Part shown: in pieces, positions 26,800 to 40,133 of the stretch
Layout of the letters: each line of letters starts with the position of its first letter
How positions within the stretch are numbered: position 1 is the first letter of the stretch
Source: Octopus vulgaris
Taxonomy: Eukaryota
DNA: 64,000 bases
Direction: 5' to 3'
NCBI GenBank assembly: GCA_951406725.2
Contig: OX597819.1
Coordinates: forward strand, 99,882,001-99,946,000
Notes under the pieces: generated by a model
Databases searched by the model: none
The model's input: the letters and a program-made list of their open reading frames with translations, nothing else
Told to the model about the DNA's origin: nothing
Translations under genes and position numbers: made by a program

Positions 26800-27270
26800 G
26801 GAAAATCTGGAGGCTAAGGCGAAGGAGGTAGTGAGATGGACGACACTGAAAAGATTGAAGGCAGGTATTTTCCTTTCCGCCAAGCCCTCATCGACATTTT
26901 CAAGTTCCAGTTGAAAAGGAAAGTGAGAGTAGAGAGGGAAGTTCTGCTTCCCAATATTTTTGTTGAAAGGTATGTCAATATGGCGTGGATGGCCCGAGTG
27001 AATACGCATACTCTGAACTTTCGTTTGTAAACCGGAGAAGTTGAAAATAAGAGAGGCACCTGCTGGAGTACATCTGCTGGGGATAACCAGAATGTGTGAG
27101 GTTCCTCGGTCGTCCCTGTGAGGAACTTATTCCTGTTGGGGCGATTTTATTATTTAATTGCTTTTTGTTACTTATTGTATACAAGGCATTGTTCAACACT
27201 TCATTTTTACCTTGTATTGTATCGTCTCTATTTGTTTTGTTTTCGGTCTTTGTAGGCAATAAAGGAAAGT
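26800..27270 (+). mobile_element. L1/Tx1-like LINE 3' end and UTR
   Basis: QALIDIFKFQLKRKVRVEREVL, homologous to the copy at 19404-19700. Confidence 0.65.
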
Positions 27271-27299
27271 ATTATTATTATCATTATTATTATTATTAT

Positions 27300-28122
27300 T
27301 TTTTCTCTTCTTTCAAATTTGCTTCCATTTCTTGCCGTGTGTCTTCCCGACTCCTAGGGCAAAGAAACTCATAGTATACATTGGTAGGCCATTAAACCAA
27401 ACTCAATAGTTCGTTCATTTTTTTTTTTAAGTTAAATTAAAATACATGAACAGCAACAGTTCTCACATCGACAATGCTCCTCTCAATACGTGTGATGTAC
27501 CAGTTAAGACAATATTTTGCACTTCTTGCAGGGATGGTAAGCCAGGGATCATTCTCATATAATTTTCGGTTCCTTTCTTGATCATTCCTAGTGCTCCTAC
27601 GATCACTGATATTGTAACCGCCTTGAGATGCCACATTTTCTCAATTTCAATGAGTAGGTCTTTATATTTTCTGAGCTTGTCAAACTCTTTCGCTGAGATA
27701 TTATGATCACAGGGGATGCTCATGTCGATCAATAAGCAAACTTTATTGTTTTGGTCTTTCACAACAATATCCGGTTTATTGGCCTTGATGGTTCGGTCTG
27801 TATGTACTGGAAAGTCCCACAGAATCGTTACATTTTCTCCTTCAGTTACAGCCTCAGGGTGGTGATTATACCACTTGTCGGCAGTTTTGATATTGTAATG
27901 CCGACTTATTAGCCAGTGTAGATATTAGCCAACTCTGTCATGTCTTAATTTATACGCCACTGGTGCTAAGACTTTACATCCAGAGATTAGGTGGTCCACT
28001 GTTTCAATCATGTCGTTGCAGAATCGGCATTTTGGGTCTGCTCCATTTTTCATCACATTGGCCTGGTAGTTCCGGGTTAATAGGCTTTGATCTTCAGCAG
28101 CCAGGATGAAACCTTCGCTCTC
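27300..28122 (-). mobile_element. R4/Dong-like LINE 3' fragment, near-identical to 11500-12330
   Basis: CRFCNDMIETVDHLISGC, RHD, NKPDIVV, IVGALG. Same 3' UTR; (ATT)n on both sides. Confidence 0.92.
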
Positions 28123-28412
28123 TTTTTATTATTATTATTATTATTATTATGATCATTATTATTATTTAAGGCGGCCATCTGGCAGAATCATTAGCACGCC
28201 GGGCAAAATGCTTAGCGGCATTTCGTCCATCTTTATGTTTAGTTCAAACTCCACCGAGGTCGACTTAGCGTTTCATCATTTCGAGTTCGATAAATTAAGT
28301 ACTAGTGAAATCCCCCTCTCCACAAATTTTAAGCGTTGTGCCTATAGTAGAAAGTACTATTATTATTATTATTATTATTATCATTATTATTATTATCATC
28401 ATCATCATCATT

Positions 28413-28444
<32 letters not shown>

Positions 28445-28619
28445 TGTTATTATTATTGTTATTATTATTATTATTATTTTGTTAGCTTGACATAATCAGT
28501 AAAGTGCCGTATTTTTACGCATTCAATTTCAAAAACAACTGCATTTGACTTTTATAGAAATGGCAGTAAAATTATATTGAATATAATCAATCCTAACATT
28601 AACTTCACAGGTACACCAG

Positions 28620-28653
28620 CACCACCACCACCACTACCACCACCACCATCATC

Positions 28654-28706
<53 letters not shown>

Positions 28707-28794
28707 CACCACCACCACTACTACTACTACCACCACCACCACCACCACCACCACTACTACTACTACCACCACCACCACTACCACCACTACCACC

Positions 28795-28858
<64 letters not shown>
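28620..28858. repeat. Compound (ACC)n/(ACT)n/(GCT)n microsatellite directly upstream of an exon acceptor
   Basis: Direct inspection. Confidence 0.95.
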
Positions 28859-28871
28859 TTTCTACTTTCAG

Positions 28872-29131
28872 ATCGCTTGGACCTGCAGGGCCATCCGGAA
28901 CCATATGCTCCAATTCAATAGATATGCAGAAATGGCTCCAGTTTCAGCTAAGCGGGGGTTTGGACATGCGAGGTCATCGGCTGGTGAGCCAGAAAGAGTT
29001 CCAGGAATTACATACGCCGCAGATACCAACACCCATGCCTCTAGGTCGGAAACTACTGAAGCAACCTGCCTTTCCCATATCCGAAGGGCGGTTTGCCTAT
29101 GATTTAGGCTGGAGCTCAGGAATATACAGAG
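28872..29131 (+). CDS. Internal exon (phase 2-1, 260 nt) of the same gene
   Basis: Acceptor tttctactttcAG|A and donor G|GTGAAT. Translates SLGPAGPSGTICSNSIDMQKWLQFQL...AYDLGWSSGIYRG, matching the family motifs 'psG.i.S...Dm.kw' and 'Y.lGW'. Phases join both neighbouring exons in frame. Confidence 0.92.
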
Positions 29132-29409
29132 GTGAATATTCTAAACACAATAACGCACTTAGTCCTCAACATATTGTTTCATATGTTATAGTTTTTTTTT
29201 TTTATAATCTTGGTAGTTTTTCTGGTTGTTATTCTTATTGGTGTTGCTGCTATTATTGTTGCTATTGTTGTTGTTGCTGTAGCTGTTAAAATTGCATTTG
29301 CTGATGTATTATTTATGTTATTTAAATCTAGATCATTCCTAATCTATCACGACTATGATGAGGAGCATTTCAGCCTTCCTCCCCCAATATCCCGTTTTTT
29401 TTCTTCTCT

Positions 29410-29794
29410 GGATGGAAGAACTCCGTCGGTTACGACGACGAGGGTTCCGGTTGATCCGATCAACGGAACAGCCTGCTCGTGAAATTAACGTGTAAGTGGC
29501 TGAGCACTCCACAGACACGTGTACCCTTAACGTAGTTCTCGGGGATATTCAGCGTGACACAGAGAGTGACATGGCCGGCCCTTTGAAATACAGGTACAAC
29601 AGAAACAGGAAGTAAGAGTGAGAGAAAGTTGTGGCGAAAGAGTACAGCAGGGATCACCACCATCCCTGCCGGAGCCTCGTGGAGCTTTAGGTGTTTTCGC
29701 TCAATAAACACTCACAACGCCCGGTCTGGGAATCGAAACCGCGATCCTACGACCGCGAGTCCGCTGCCCTAACCACTGGGCCATTGCGCCTCCA
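29410..29794 (-). mobile_element. SINE family C, variant 1, full length
   Basis: tRNA-like head and 12-bp TSD TTTTTCTTCTCT. Confidence 0.92.
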
Positions 29795-30005
29795 TTTTTC
29801 TTCTCTATCATTATGTTCTCGTGTAATCATCAATGTATTCTTGCCTTTTCAAGTCAATGGGGCGCCACATGAAGGAGAGAGTAACTATATGGAGGACTCC
29901 TTGTGGATTAGTTGTTGATGTTCTTGTTTTGTAGACATGATTAGACTATCATTGTGATAATACTGATTAAGAGGTTGCAGATAACCAGATAGGTAGATCA
30001 GCGGA

Positions 30006-30405
30006 TAAGGTGGTGAGCTGGCAGAAACGTTAGCATGCAGGGCTAAATGCTCAGCGGTATTTCGTCTGCCGTTAGGTTGTGAGTTCAAATTCCGCCAAGG
30101 TCGACTTTCATCCTTTCGGGGTCGATAAATTAAGTACCAGTTACGCACTGGGGTCGATATAATCGACTTAATCTGTCTGCCCTTGTTTGTCATCTCTGTG
30201 TTAAGCCCTTTGTGGGCAATAAAGAAATAGGTATTTCGCCCGTCTCTACGTTCTAAGTTCAAATTCCGTCGAGGTCGACTTTGCCTTTCATCCTTTCGGG
30301 ATCGATAAATTAAGTACCAGTTACGCACTGGGGTTGATGTAATCGACTTAATCTCTTCTTGTTTGTCCCCTCTATGTTTAGCCCCTTGTGGGCAATAAAG
30401 AAGTA
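30006..30405 (+). mobile_element. Dimeric SINE family B
   Basis: A full monomer plus a 5'-truncated second monomer, flanked by the 15-bp TSD AGGTAGATCAGCGGA at 29991-30005 and 30406-30420. Confidence 0.9.
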
Positions 30406-31098
30406 AGGTAGATCAGCGGACATCCATTTTTGGACTCACAGTTTCGTATCATATTACAAGCAACGTATGCAACCCGTGTTTAAAATCATTTACTTTTCAA
30501 TAAAGTCATTTTAGCTTGTATGAAACTATGACAACGAATGCCATGTATGCGACATGCTTCACGGCATGACAAATTTACTAGTGTTTGTTTGATTGACATT
30601 CCTGACACCAATTCCAGTTTTGTCTACATTTGCAGATATATTTTGAACTGGAAAGACTATAAAGATGTAATATTAGATTCACTCTAGATCGCAACAGGGC
30701 TGGGTAGTATGAAGAACCAGTTGTTGCCAAATGTAAGGCAAAGTGAATACCAGTACACTTTCACCCAGCTTTATTACAGAAATTGCTGATTGCAAATATG
30801 AACAAAAGAGAAATGTATTAGAGATTTCATCCATCTTTATATTTAAACGAGTTGTTTACTCGCCAAATCTTGTGGGTGTAAGCTCAGTGCAAAAGATTTA
30901 GGATTAAATCTTTTCTTCTTTTAGCTGGTCAGAAAAATAACATTTCCATTTTTCACATGAAGGGAAGTTTGGTATTGAACTAGCAACCATATATATGAAA
31001 GCTTGTGGTGGCGATATTTTAGAGGAATAATTATTAATTAAGTAGAGAATACAGCTCACTGTGGAGGAATTCCAGAATGTAGAAGTTTAGGGCAGATC

Positions 31099-31327
31099 AA
31101 ACCTTAGTTTTGTTGAGTCAGGAATAGAACTAAAATATTTGCTATCCTCAAAATATAGAAACCTTTTTCTTGTGGAACAACTTTAGCGATACTGCTGAAT
31201 CAGTGAGGCCACTATAAGGGGACGCAAATGTTTGAAAAGCCTACTAACTGCAGCGACAGTTTAAGGCAGAACGAACAACAAAATCATTTTCGTAGAAGTG
31301 TATCAATCTTCAGTGGTCAAACTGAAT
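31099..31327. repeat. Left arm of a ~230-bp inverted repeat (partner 35152-35380)
   Basis: AAACCTTAGTTTTGTTGA...GGTCAAACTGAAT is the reverse complement of 35152-35380 with scattered mismatches. Confidence 0.9.
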
Positions 31328-32724
31328 TTCGAACGCCAGGCTATCAATGATCTGAATGCACCTGCAGATACCCTTTCTGCTAAATATTTTCTTCTACTGT
31401 GACTAATATGAGAATAAGTAATTAGTTATTTCTGATAAATCCTTCCCTTAACTTTCTATAAATTTCCCACGAACTCTTTGGTTTTTTCCATAGATATAAG
31501 CCGAAGCATAAATGTGTAACAATAGAACCAACGTATTATCTGGGAAGGTACTGTGAACAGCCTTGGTTAGTCTTAGATATTTTAACTCTACGTTTAAACA
31601 GTTTTTTTAATTACTTCTTTTTTATGAGATTCAATAACTTCATTTAAGAACGAAGTAATATGGAAGTAGTTCATTAATTGTTTGCTGTACTGTATGCCCC
31701 CAATTTATTGTAGTATTTTAACTTAGTTGCGAGATGGTTCACGTGTAACATAAGGGAGATAACTCTTGCACGTGTTCATTCGGAGAGTTCTTGACATCTT
31801 TTAAGTAGAAATTAAAATGAGCTCAGAGTAAGTTAAAATGGAATCGGAGTTAAATGAACCACGAAGCAAATTAGATAGTTGTTATTTAGAAAATAAATAG
31901 TAGTTATTTGTAATATAAATTGTTTGTACTAACGCAGATTCGTTCTAAATCTGATTTATTTGAATTTAAACCTATAATGCTGCATTTATTTATGGACAAC
32001 AACAGTCTGTCTCAAAGCAAAGTTGGATTTTCTCAAGCTACAAGTACCAATATTTTCCAAGGTGCCAAATAGGAAATTCTGCCCTTGAATCTTGTCTGTG
32101 TTTATTATATAGCACGTAGCACAATCTGAAATCCACAAATGCCTCAAGAAGTGCTAAGAAGATAAAGTCATATAATAGGACACACTGAGACAGTGTCTCA
32201 CATTTGTACATTGTACGTGCTCATTGCAAACTGAAAGAGGAAGAATATGAATATGTTGAGTCACTTCTTGAATGCCTAAACGAATACTCGCAATTAACAT
32301 TGAATGAACACTAAAAATGTTTGCATTCAACAGGGATTAATTATTTTCCAAAGAAGTATAAGTTAACTTTATAGGTGAATGGTTTTATTTAAACAAATGC
32401 ATTTATAACCAGAACTGTGTTTGTATTTCAAAACTGATTAACTTACAAAAGATGTTTGTTTTTATGCTTGTTTTAGAAGTTACGCTAGTGTCAAAATTAA
32501 ACTGTTATTTATTACTCTTTAGCTAAAGGCATTAGAGATATGATTTCATAGCAGTATTTAATTAGGAAATATATTCAAGTCGCTTTGAGGTTTTTTTGTT
32601 TTTCAAAATTATTTTAATTTACATCGAGTTTATTTTAAATTGGTTCGAAATTTCGCTTGAAAAGTGCGACATCAATTGGACAACTACAAATGTTTTATTG
32701 TGTTTAATAAATATATTTATATGT

Positions 32725-32777
<53 letters not shown>

Positions 32778-33054
32778 TATGTTTGTGTATTTATGAATGT
32801 TTCTCGTTGTAAGGTATCTATATTTTAAATTCTCGAGCTTTTGTACATGAGAAATATATCATTTGCTTCGGTTTTAGGACTCTTAGTATACATGAACAGA
32901 TTTCTTTTAAATTATACCATTCCCTAATTTTAAATCCCGAAATTTGGTATTCTTAATCTCTTCAGAAAATACTAGATGGTTCCGTTTTACGGAATAATGT
33001 TTCGTGTGTAGTGATTTATACAGAACATTCATAATTTTATTGTGTATTTTCTAG

Positions 33055-33893
33055 GTTTCCATAACGTCCAGCACAACGGCAGGATATTTGGATATGATTC
33101 CTTAATATGGTTATTCCCAGACAATAACGTGGCGATATTCAGCAGTGTTAACGGTCCAATGAACACACATTCTAAGAATGCATTAAGAGTCATACATCAC
33201 TACGCCGCAGATTTGCTGCTTGGACAAGAAGCTTGGCTCAATCAATCCAGTTCGTGCACATTTCCAGATCCATGGTTACAGAATTATAATAAAACAAAAC
33301 ACAGGAAAAAATCCGGTCGGGTTATGGTTGCACAGAAATCATCTTCCCTACCAAAGAATGGCGCCGATGCATTCCACCGTCGGTGGAGATCAAGGCAGCA
33401 TAAGAAAAAAAATCGGTTTCCCGACTTACAGAGGTATCAGCGGCCCCTGTCAGAGTATGTCGGTATTTATGGAAATCCTGCTTTTGGTAACATTACTATT
33501 TATTTGAACTCATCCACACAACAACTCTACCTGGCACACGGCAAATTTGGGAACGGTATTCTTCTACCAACTAATAAAATTGATAAATTTCATATGAGAT
33601 TCCAAGGACTACTACGATACTTGAGCGAAGCAGATGGTTGGGCCATGGAGTTTCCAATTATTTTTCAAAGTGCAAAAGACGATTCTAGTAAAATAGACTT
33701 TCTTTATGCCCACTTCATCGAGAAAACCGTTCCACCGTTGTTTCAACGTGGCGCTTCCTGGCAGGATTTTGTCCCTTCGCCGTCTTACCCAAACGCAAAG
33801 TTCTGTCCCAACAATTTGTCACGTTTGATACCAGCTTGTTCTGTCATATCTATCGTTTTGTCTTTGTTGCCCGTTTTAATTATATTTTTCTAA
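33055..33893 (+). CDS. Terminal exon: end of beta-lactamase domain, basic linker, DUF3471-like domain, hydrophobic C-terminus
   Basis: Acceptor tattttctAG|GT (phase 1). Translates GFHNVQHNGRIFGYDSLIWLFPDNNVAIFSSVN (HxG motif), later RPLSEYVGIYGNPAFGNITI (DUF3471-like), and ends SVISIVLSLLPVLIIFF* with TAA at 33891-33893. Confidence 0.93.
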
Positions 33894-34181
33894 ACTAAAC
33901 TCTGTACATTCCATGAACAAAAGATAAAAGAGCAAAAAAGAAAAAAAATATAGCAGAAAAAAAAAGCTAATGATGAAGACTCTGACGATGACAACAATGT
34001 TGCTGCTGATATTGGTGATGGTGATGATGATGATGATGATGATGATAATAATGATAATAATAATGATAATAATAATAATAATATTAATAACGATGATAAT
34101 AATAATGATAATAATAATAATGAGACTACTACTACTACTAATAATAATAATAATGATAATAATAATGATAATAATAATAAC

Positions 34182-34248
<67 letters not shown>

Positions 34249-34430
34249 TTTTCCAATCTAGATGGAAGGCCAACAGTTTTGAGGGGATGGGATTAGTCGA
34301 TTTCATCGACTCCGGTACTTGACTGGTACTTTATCTTATCGATCCTTGATAAGATGAAAAGTAGAGTTAACCTCGGCAGAATTTTGACCCAAAATGTCAA
34401 GCATCGCATGGCACTACTGATAATAAGAAT

Positions 34431-34436
34431 AATAAA
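34431..34436 (+). terminator. Candidate polyadenylation signal AATAAA
   Basis: AATAAA about 540 nt after the stop codon. The AT-rich context makes this weak. Confidence 0.25.
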
Positions 34437-34588
34437 AACTTATATCCATTTAAAAGAACGCTTTAAAATAGTAAAAAAAAAATGCCAATAATGAAAGAGC
34501 AGGATTAACGAGATAAAGCAGGAACAGAGATATCTCAACCAGCATTACTTCTACTATTGCATTGATGATGGTGATGATGATGATGATA

Positions 34589-34634
<46 letters not shown>

Positions 34635-35151
34635 CGACCTCCGCAGCAACAACTATAATATATCTAAAAGAAACAGATAATTTACGCAGTTATATCCCTA
34701 ACAGAATTGAAGAAATTATCCAAATAATATGATCTAGAAACAGAGATAACCAGAGCTTGATTTTGCAAAGAGAAACAATCGCTATAATATTATGTTCCAT
34801 GATAATCATATAAAGCGATAGAGGCCAATATGTATAGCTAAATCTCATTACAGAAAATAGCATGACTAATATGAAAGACAAAACAAATACTGCCATAACC
34901 CAAAGCCCACAAAGCAACACCCTTTTGTACAGTGGAAACCTGCAATAAAAACAGTAAATTGATGACATTAATTAAAATATTTTTCACTGAAGGAGTTATT
35001 CGAACTAGCGATATTTTGCTTAAAGACGAACTAACAATTGCTGTGCAGTAGAATTAGTCTGCCATGCAATCAGGTACCACCAGCGAACAAAACATATACA
35101 ATCTATTGTCGAAAACAAGTCTGAACGAAGGCTACATACTTTGAATTTTTG

Positions 35152-35380
35152 ATTCAGTTTGACCACTGAAGGTTGACACACTTCTATGAAAATGATATTG
35201 TTGTTCGTTCTGCCTTAAACTGTCGATGCAGTTAGTAGGCTTTTCAAACGTTTGCGTCCCCTTATAGTGGCCGCTCTAATTCAGCAGTATCGCTAAAGTT
35301 GTTCCACAAGAACAAGGTTTCTATATTTTGAGGATAGCAAATATTTTAGTTTTGTTCCTGATTCAACAAAACTAAGGTTT
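35152..35380. repeat. Right arm of the ~230-bp inverted repeat
   Basis: ATTCAGTTTGACC...TCAACAAAACTAAGGTTT. Confidence 0.9.
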
Positions 35381-35574
35381 AAAGCATTACTCAATTCATT
35401 TAGTGGTAGACTTTGGTTATATTTATTTCAATATTTGGATAAAGTTTGTAATATGTTCTATCTGATGAACAGCATGAACTTGTACAAATTCAACATTGTA
35501 TGAAGTATTTATTAGCGACAGTGACAGTATTAATAACGAGAAGTAAGATTTATCCCTACTTAAACGTAGATGTG

Positions 35575-35917
35575 CTGTTAGAACAAACTACACTGCGATA
35601 GATACCACGAGAGAAACTCTCATAATGGCTTTTGGTGCAAAACTCATTTTTGTATATATCTCTATCGAGTAGGCAAATTCTTGCCACCTTCAGCATCGAG
35701 ACCAACAGATCACGGGATTTCATGACAAGACTACTAGACCACGTGATTTCGTACTAGACCAATGAATGTCGAAATCATATGATCTGGTGGTCTCGTTGCT
35801 GGAGGTGACAAGGATTTATCTCCCCTCTACCGATATAAACAAGCGTGCATTTTGCACCAAAAGCCAATATAACAATTTTTGGATAGTAACTAGTTTTATT
35901 ATAGTTTGTTCGAACAG
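35575..35917. mobile_element. Foldback/MITE-like imperfect palindrome
   Basis: Nested arms GAACAAACTA/TAGTTTGTTC, TGGCTTTTGGTGCAAAA/TTTTGCACCAAAAGCCA and CACCTTCAGCATCGAGACCA/TGGTCTCGTTGCTGGAGGTG. Confidence 0.7.
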
Positions 35918-36426
35918 AACAAACTATAGTGTATAAAATGGTTAGATTCTATATCTTGAGGAATTTGGCCATGAAATTCTCCAAATGAAGCATCCTGTAA
36001 ATTGTAAGTAGTTTGTTACAGTGACTGAAAAAAATCTCGTACAACATATAGGAGCGTCCCTTCTGGCACTGAATGTTAAATCTCGTCTAATTCGGCTGTC
36101 TTTTCAGTCGGCTGCTACGATAAAAAGAAAAACCAGTCATTTACTGAGAGCGAATTGAAACAAATGTATCTTCTCCAATCGCACTATGTGGAAACTTTTG
36201 CCTTGCGTCTTTCCCAAAGATAGTTACGACGACGACGACGATGACGACTTCATCATCATCTGCTGGAAATATTAGCAAGTAATATTTGCGGCAAATGAAA
36301 TTGCTTTCCCGGTTTCTCTTATTGGGTAGTAACTATATTTACTATGCATATTCTGTTGACAAAGGTAAAAATATGCAACCTGCCCTTTTATATGGCTTAA
36401 TGTTCAATTCAGAATTATTATTATTA

Positions 36427-36506
<80 letters not shown>

Positions 36507-36884
36507 CATGACATGTATTTATGTATTTGTTATGCAAACACACACACATAATACACACACAACGTACATTAGTTTTGCAAGGTATTTGATGTTACGTGAG
36601 GCGATGAAACAGATGATGTTGTATGTCGGAAGGGTCAATTTGCCAATAAAAATACACACACTGGTTGTAGTTCACTCAATTTTAATATCAGTCAACCGTT
36701 CAACTAATTAACTTGGTATCTTATAAGTTGCTTGAATAATAGTTTCATCAATTATTTCATCGATCAGTCACTTGGCGGCTTGACGAACCAATAGACTGGT
36801 TTCTCAATTGATTGAACAATATACAATCAGTCCTGTAGTAAAAGTGGTTTTCATTTGCAAAATTACCTTCCTGACCTACAGCAA

Positions 36885-37418
<534 letters not shown>

Positions 37419-37785
37419 ACAGAATGTGTTTCTTTCTCGATAAAGTAATTCAACTTTTCTTCCATTTCTGTTGAATCTCAACCGAACACTACACTGATGT
37501 ATCATCCATGTCAGAAATAAAACCTATATTGGAGCTGATTTAGAGTTGCCAATATCTCCAGCAACACTAATAAACCAAATTGTGCGCAGTGGACCAGCAG
37601 CAACAACGAAAGCAACCTTTGAAGCACTTACACGAACAACACCTTTATTTCCATAAGCAACCTCTTTCATCTTGCTACGTTTGGGAGCTGACGGTTACGG
37701 GCTCTGCCAAAAACAAAATCGGCTTCTGTAATTAATATTTAAACGTAATTCTTTTGTGTAAAATACAGTCATATGTAGGTATAGT

Positions 37786-38151
37786 CATAACACTGCGTCG
37801 GTTACGACGACGAGGTTCCAGTTGATCCGATCAACGGAACAGTCTGCTCGTGAAATTAGCGTGCAAGTGGCTGAGCACTCTACAGACACGTGAGCCCTTA
37901 ATGTATTTCTCGAGAAGATTCAGTGTGACAAGGCTGGTCACAAATACCGGTACAACAGAAACAGGAAGAACGAGTGAGAGAAACTTGTGGTGAAAGAACA
38001 CAGCAGTGTTTGCCACCACCCACTGCGGAGCCACGTGAAGCTTTAGGCGTTTTCGCTCAATAAACACTGACAACGCCCGGTCTGGGAATCAAAACCGCGA
38101 TCCTATGACTGCGAGTCCGCTGCCCTAACCACTGGGCCATTGCGCCTCTAC
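37786..38151 (-). mobile_element. SINE family C, variant 1
   Basis: 12-bp TSD TGTAGGTATAGT at 37774-37785 and 38152-38163. Confidence 0.9.
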
Positions 38152-39819
38152 TGTAGGTATAGTATCCTGAATGATAAATGCCAACTAACCTGAGATTATT
38201 TATTGAAATCTCTTTTGATCGTACTCATAACATATCCCTTGGTTTAACACAATTTCTTGATTTAAGGGTTCATTTAGTAGAATTTTTTCTGTTCAGCGTA
38301 TAGTTTCAGGATAAAAACGACTCTGCTTATGCTATTGCTTCTTCTTCCTTTTTGCGCCTTCTACAGGTGGTGCCTCTGCTTATCTGACAAAGTGCTTTAA
38401 AGTTTGTTTTCCCAACAGAAGCCCGTTGCACAATAGCACAAAGGCCAGAAACCTATGAAACCCTGCAGAATCTACTCTCTCTTTGACGCATAATCCTGCT
38501 GCTTTTCTCTCCGTTTTTGTGACAGTTTCTTCTTTCAATTTCGAGAAATCCACCCGAATGCACCGAACACAGCGAGTGTGCTTACAGGCAATTAGCAGAA
38601 CCTACTATTTTTCTTTGTCATTATAAACTTGAAATTTATTTATTCCAGTTACATTAATCTAACATATTCAAATAGAGGGGCACAATATACTGCAAACATT
38701 CCGTGTTTTTAAGGTGTAAATAGCAAAACGGGGGGTTGCAATGCATCGTAACCTTAGCGTGTATAATTTGAAGTGTTATGCTGCACTGGTGTGTGGAAAG
38801 AAAATACTGAATAATCTTTAAATGCTTTGGGTGACCTACATCAAAGGTTCTTAAATGGTTTAATTCAATGGATATCTAGCAACTTTGAATATCTTCAAAA
38901 AAACGTTTTAAGTTTTAGAAAATCGATACTTATGGTCAAGTACCTTCAAAAACAAATTATTCATAATTTTATTATGCACAAGTATGAATTATAAAACTAG
39001 ATGAAAATAGCTTTCTTTATTTTACTTCTTATATAGTTATTTCTAATTTAAATCCAGCTTTTATAAAAAAAAAAAAAATTCTATGTGAAGCCCACGGACA
39101 GCTTTTTTGTTTGATCTCTTGAGCATCGCCAAGCCATAAAGATTGAGGATAGTAGCTTACAGCTTGTAGTGGATAAGGCAAGGAAAACGACAATATTGAT
39201 TGGAGAGTTCATTAGATAATTATAGGAAGGACACTAAATAGTTGATCTTAATACAATGGCAAACAATGAAAAATATAAAAAATGAAAACTCGCCGAAACA
39301 CTACGTTGAAAACTTATACAATGTTCAATGAGGCTTCATTAGAATAGAAAATTTGAACTCATCGGCCTATATCAGATGTACCTAATTCCAGAATATTGCA
39401 AAAATGGTATTATGGATGTTTTCTGTATGATTTTCGCATTTTCGTAACCTTTGTCGTGTAGTGGTATTAATTTCAGTATGCAGAAATTCTATGAATATGT
39501 TTACATCAAAAGATGTGTATGCTCATCATGATACAATAAATACAATTGCATACTCACACACTGAGGCGAAATAAAGACAGATAAATAATCAGATCTCTAG
39601 AATATCAAGTGTACATCTACGATTTAACTCTCAGTTAAATATGTGAATATACAATTGTATTATATATTGTTAAGCATAAAAATCGTTGTAAATAAACATA
39701 TATGTATAATGTTTTAATACTGCAAATAACAAGGGTTATGAAACATTTGAAATTATATAGGAATCATGCAGAAAAATAAATCCATCTCCTGATTTTATGC
39801 TTTATATATAATATACATG

Positions 39820-39865
<46 letters not shown>

Positions 39866-40083
39866 CATATATATATATACACGCACATATATATACATAC
39901 GTATATATATATAAATATGTACATATATATATATACATACATGTATATATACATATATATGTATGTATGTATCTATGTATCTATCTCAGTTTTTCAAGGC
40001 CCTGTAAAAGAACTCGGAATGTTAGGCCTCCAACCTGGTCTTTCGCGACACCCTTAAAACCAGGAACTTTTCAGCCCTCACCA

Positions 40084-40133
<50 letters not shown>

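Noticed and set aside
37480-38760. Possible old DNA transposon ORF on the minus strand
   Set aside because: Many stops and no identifiable motif.
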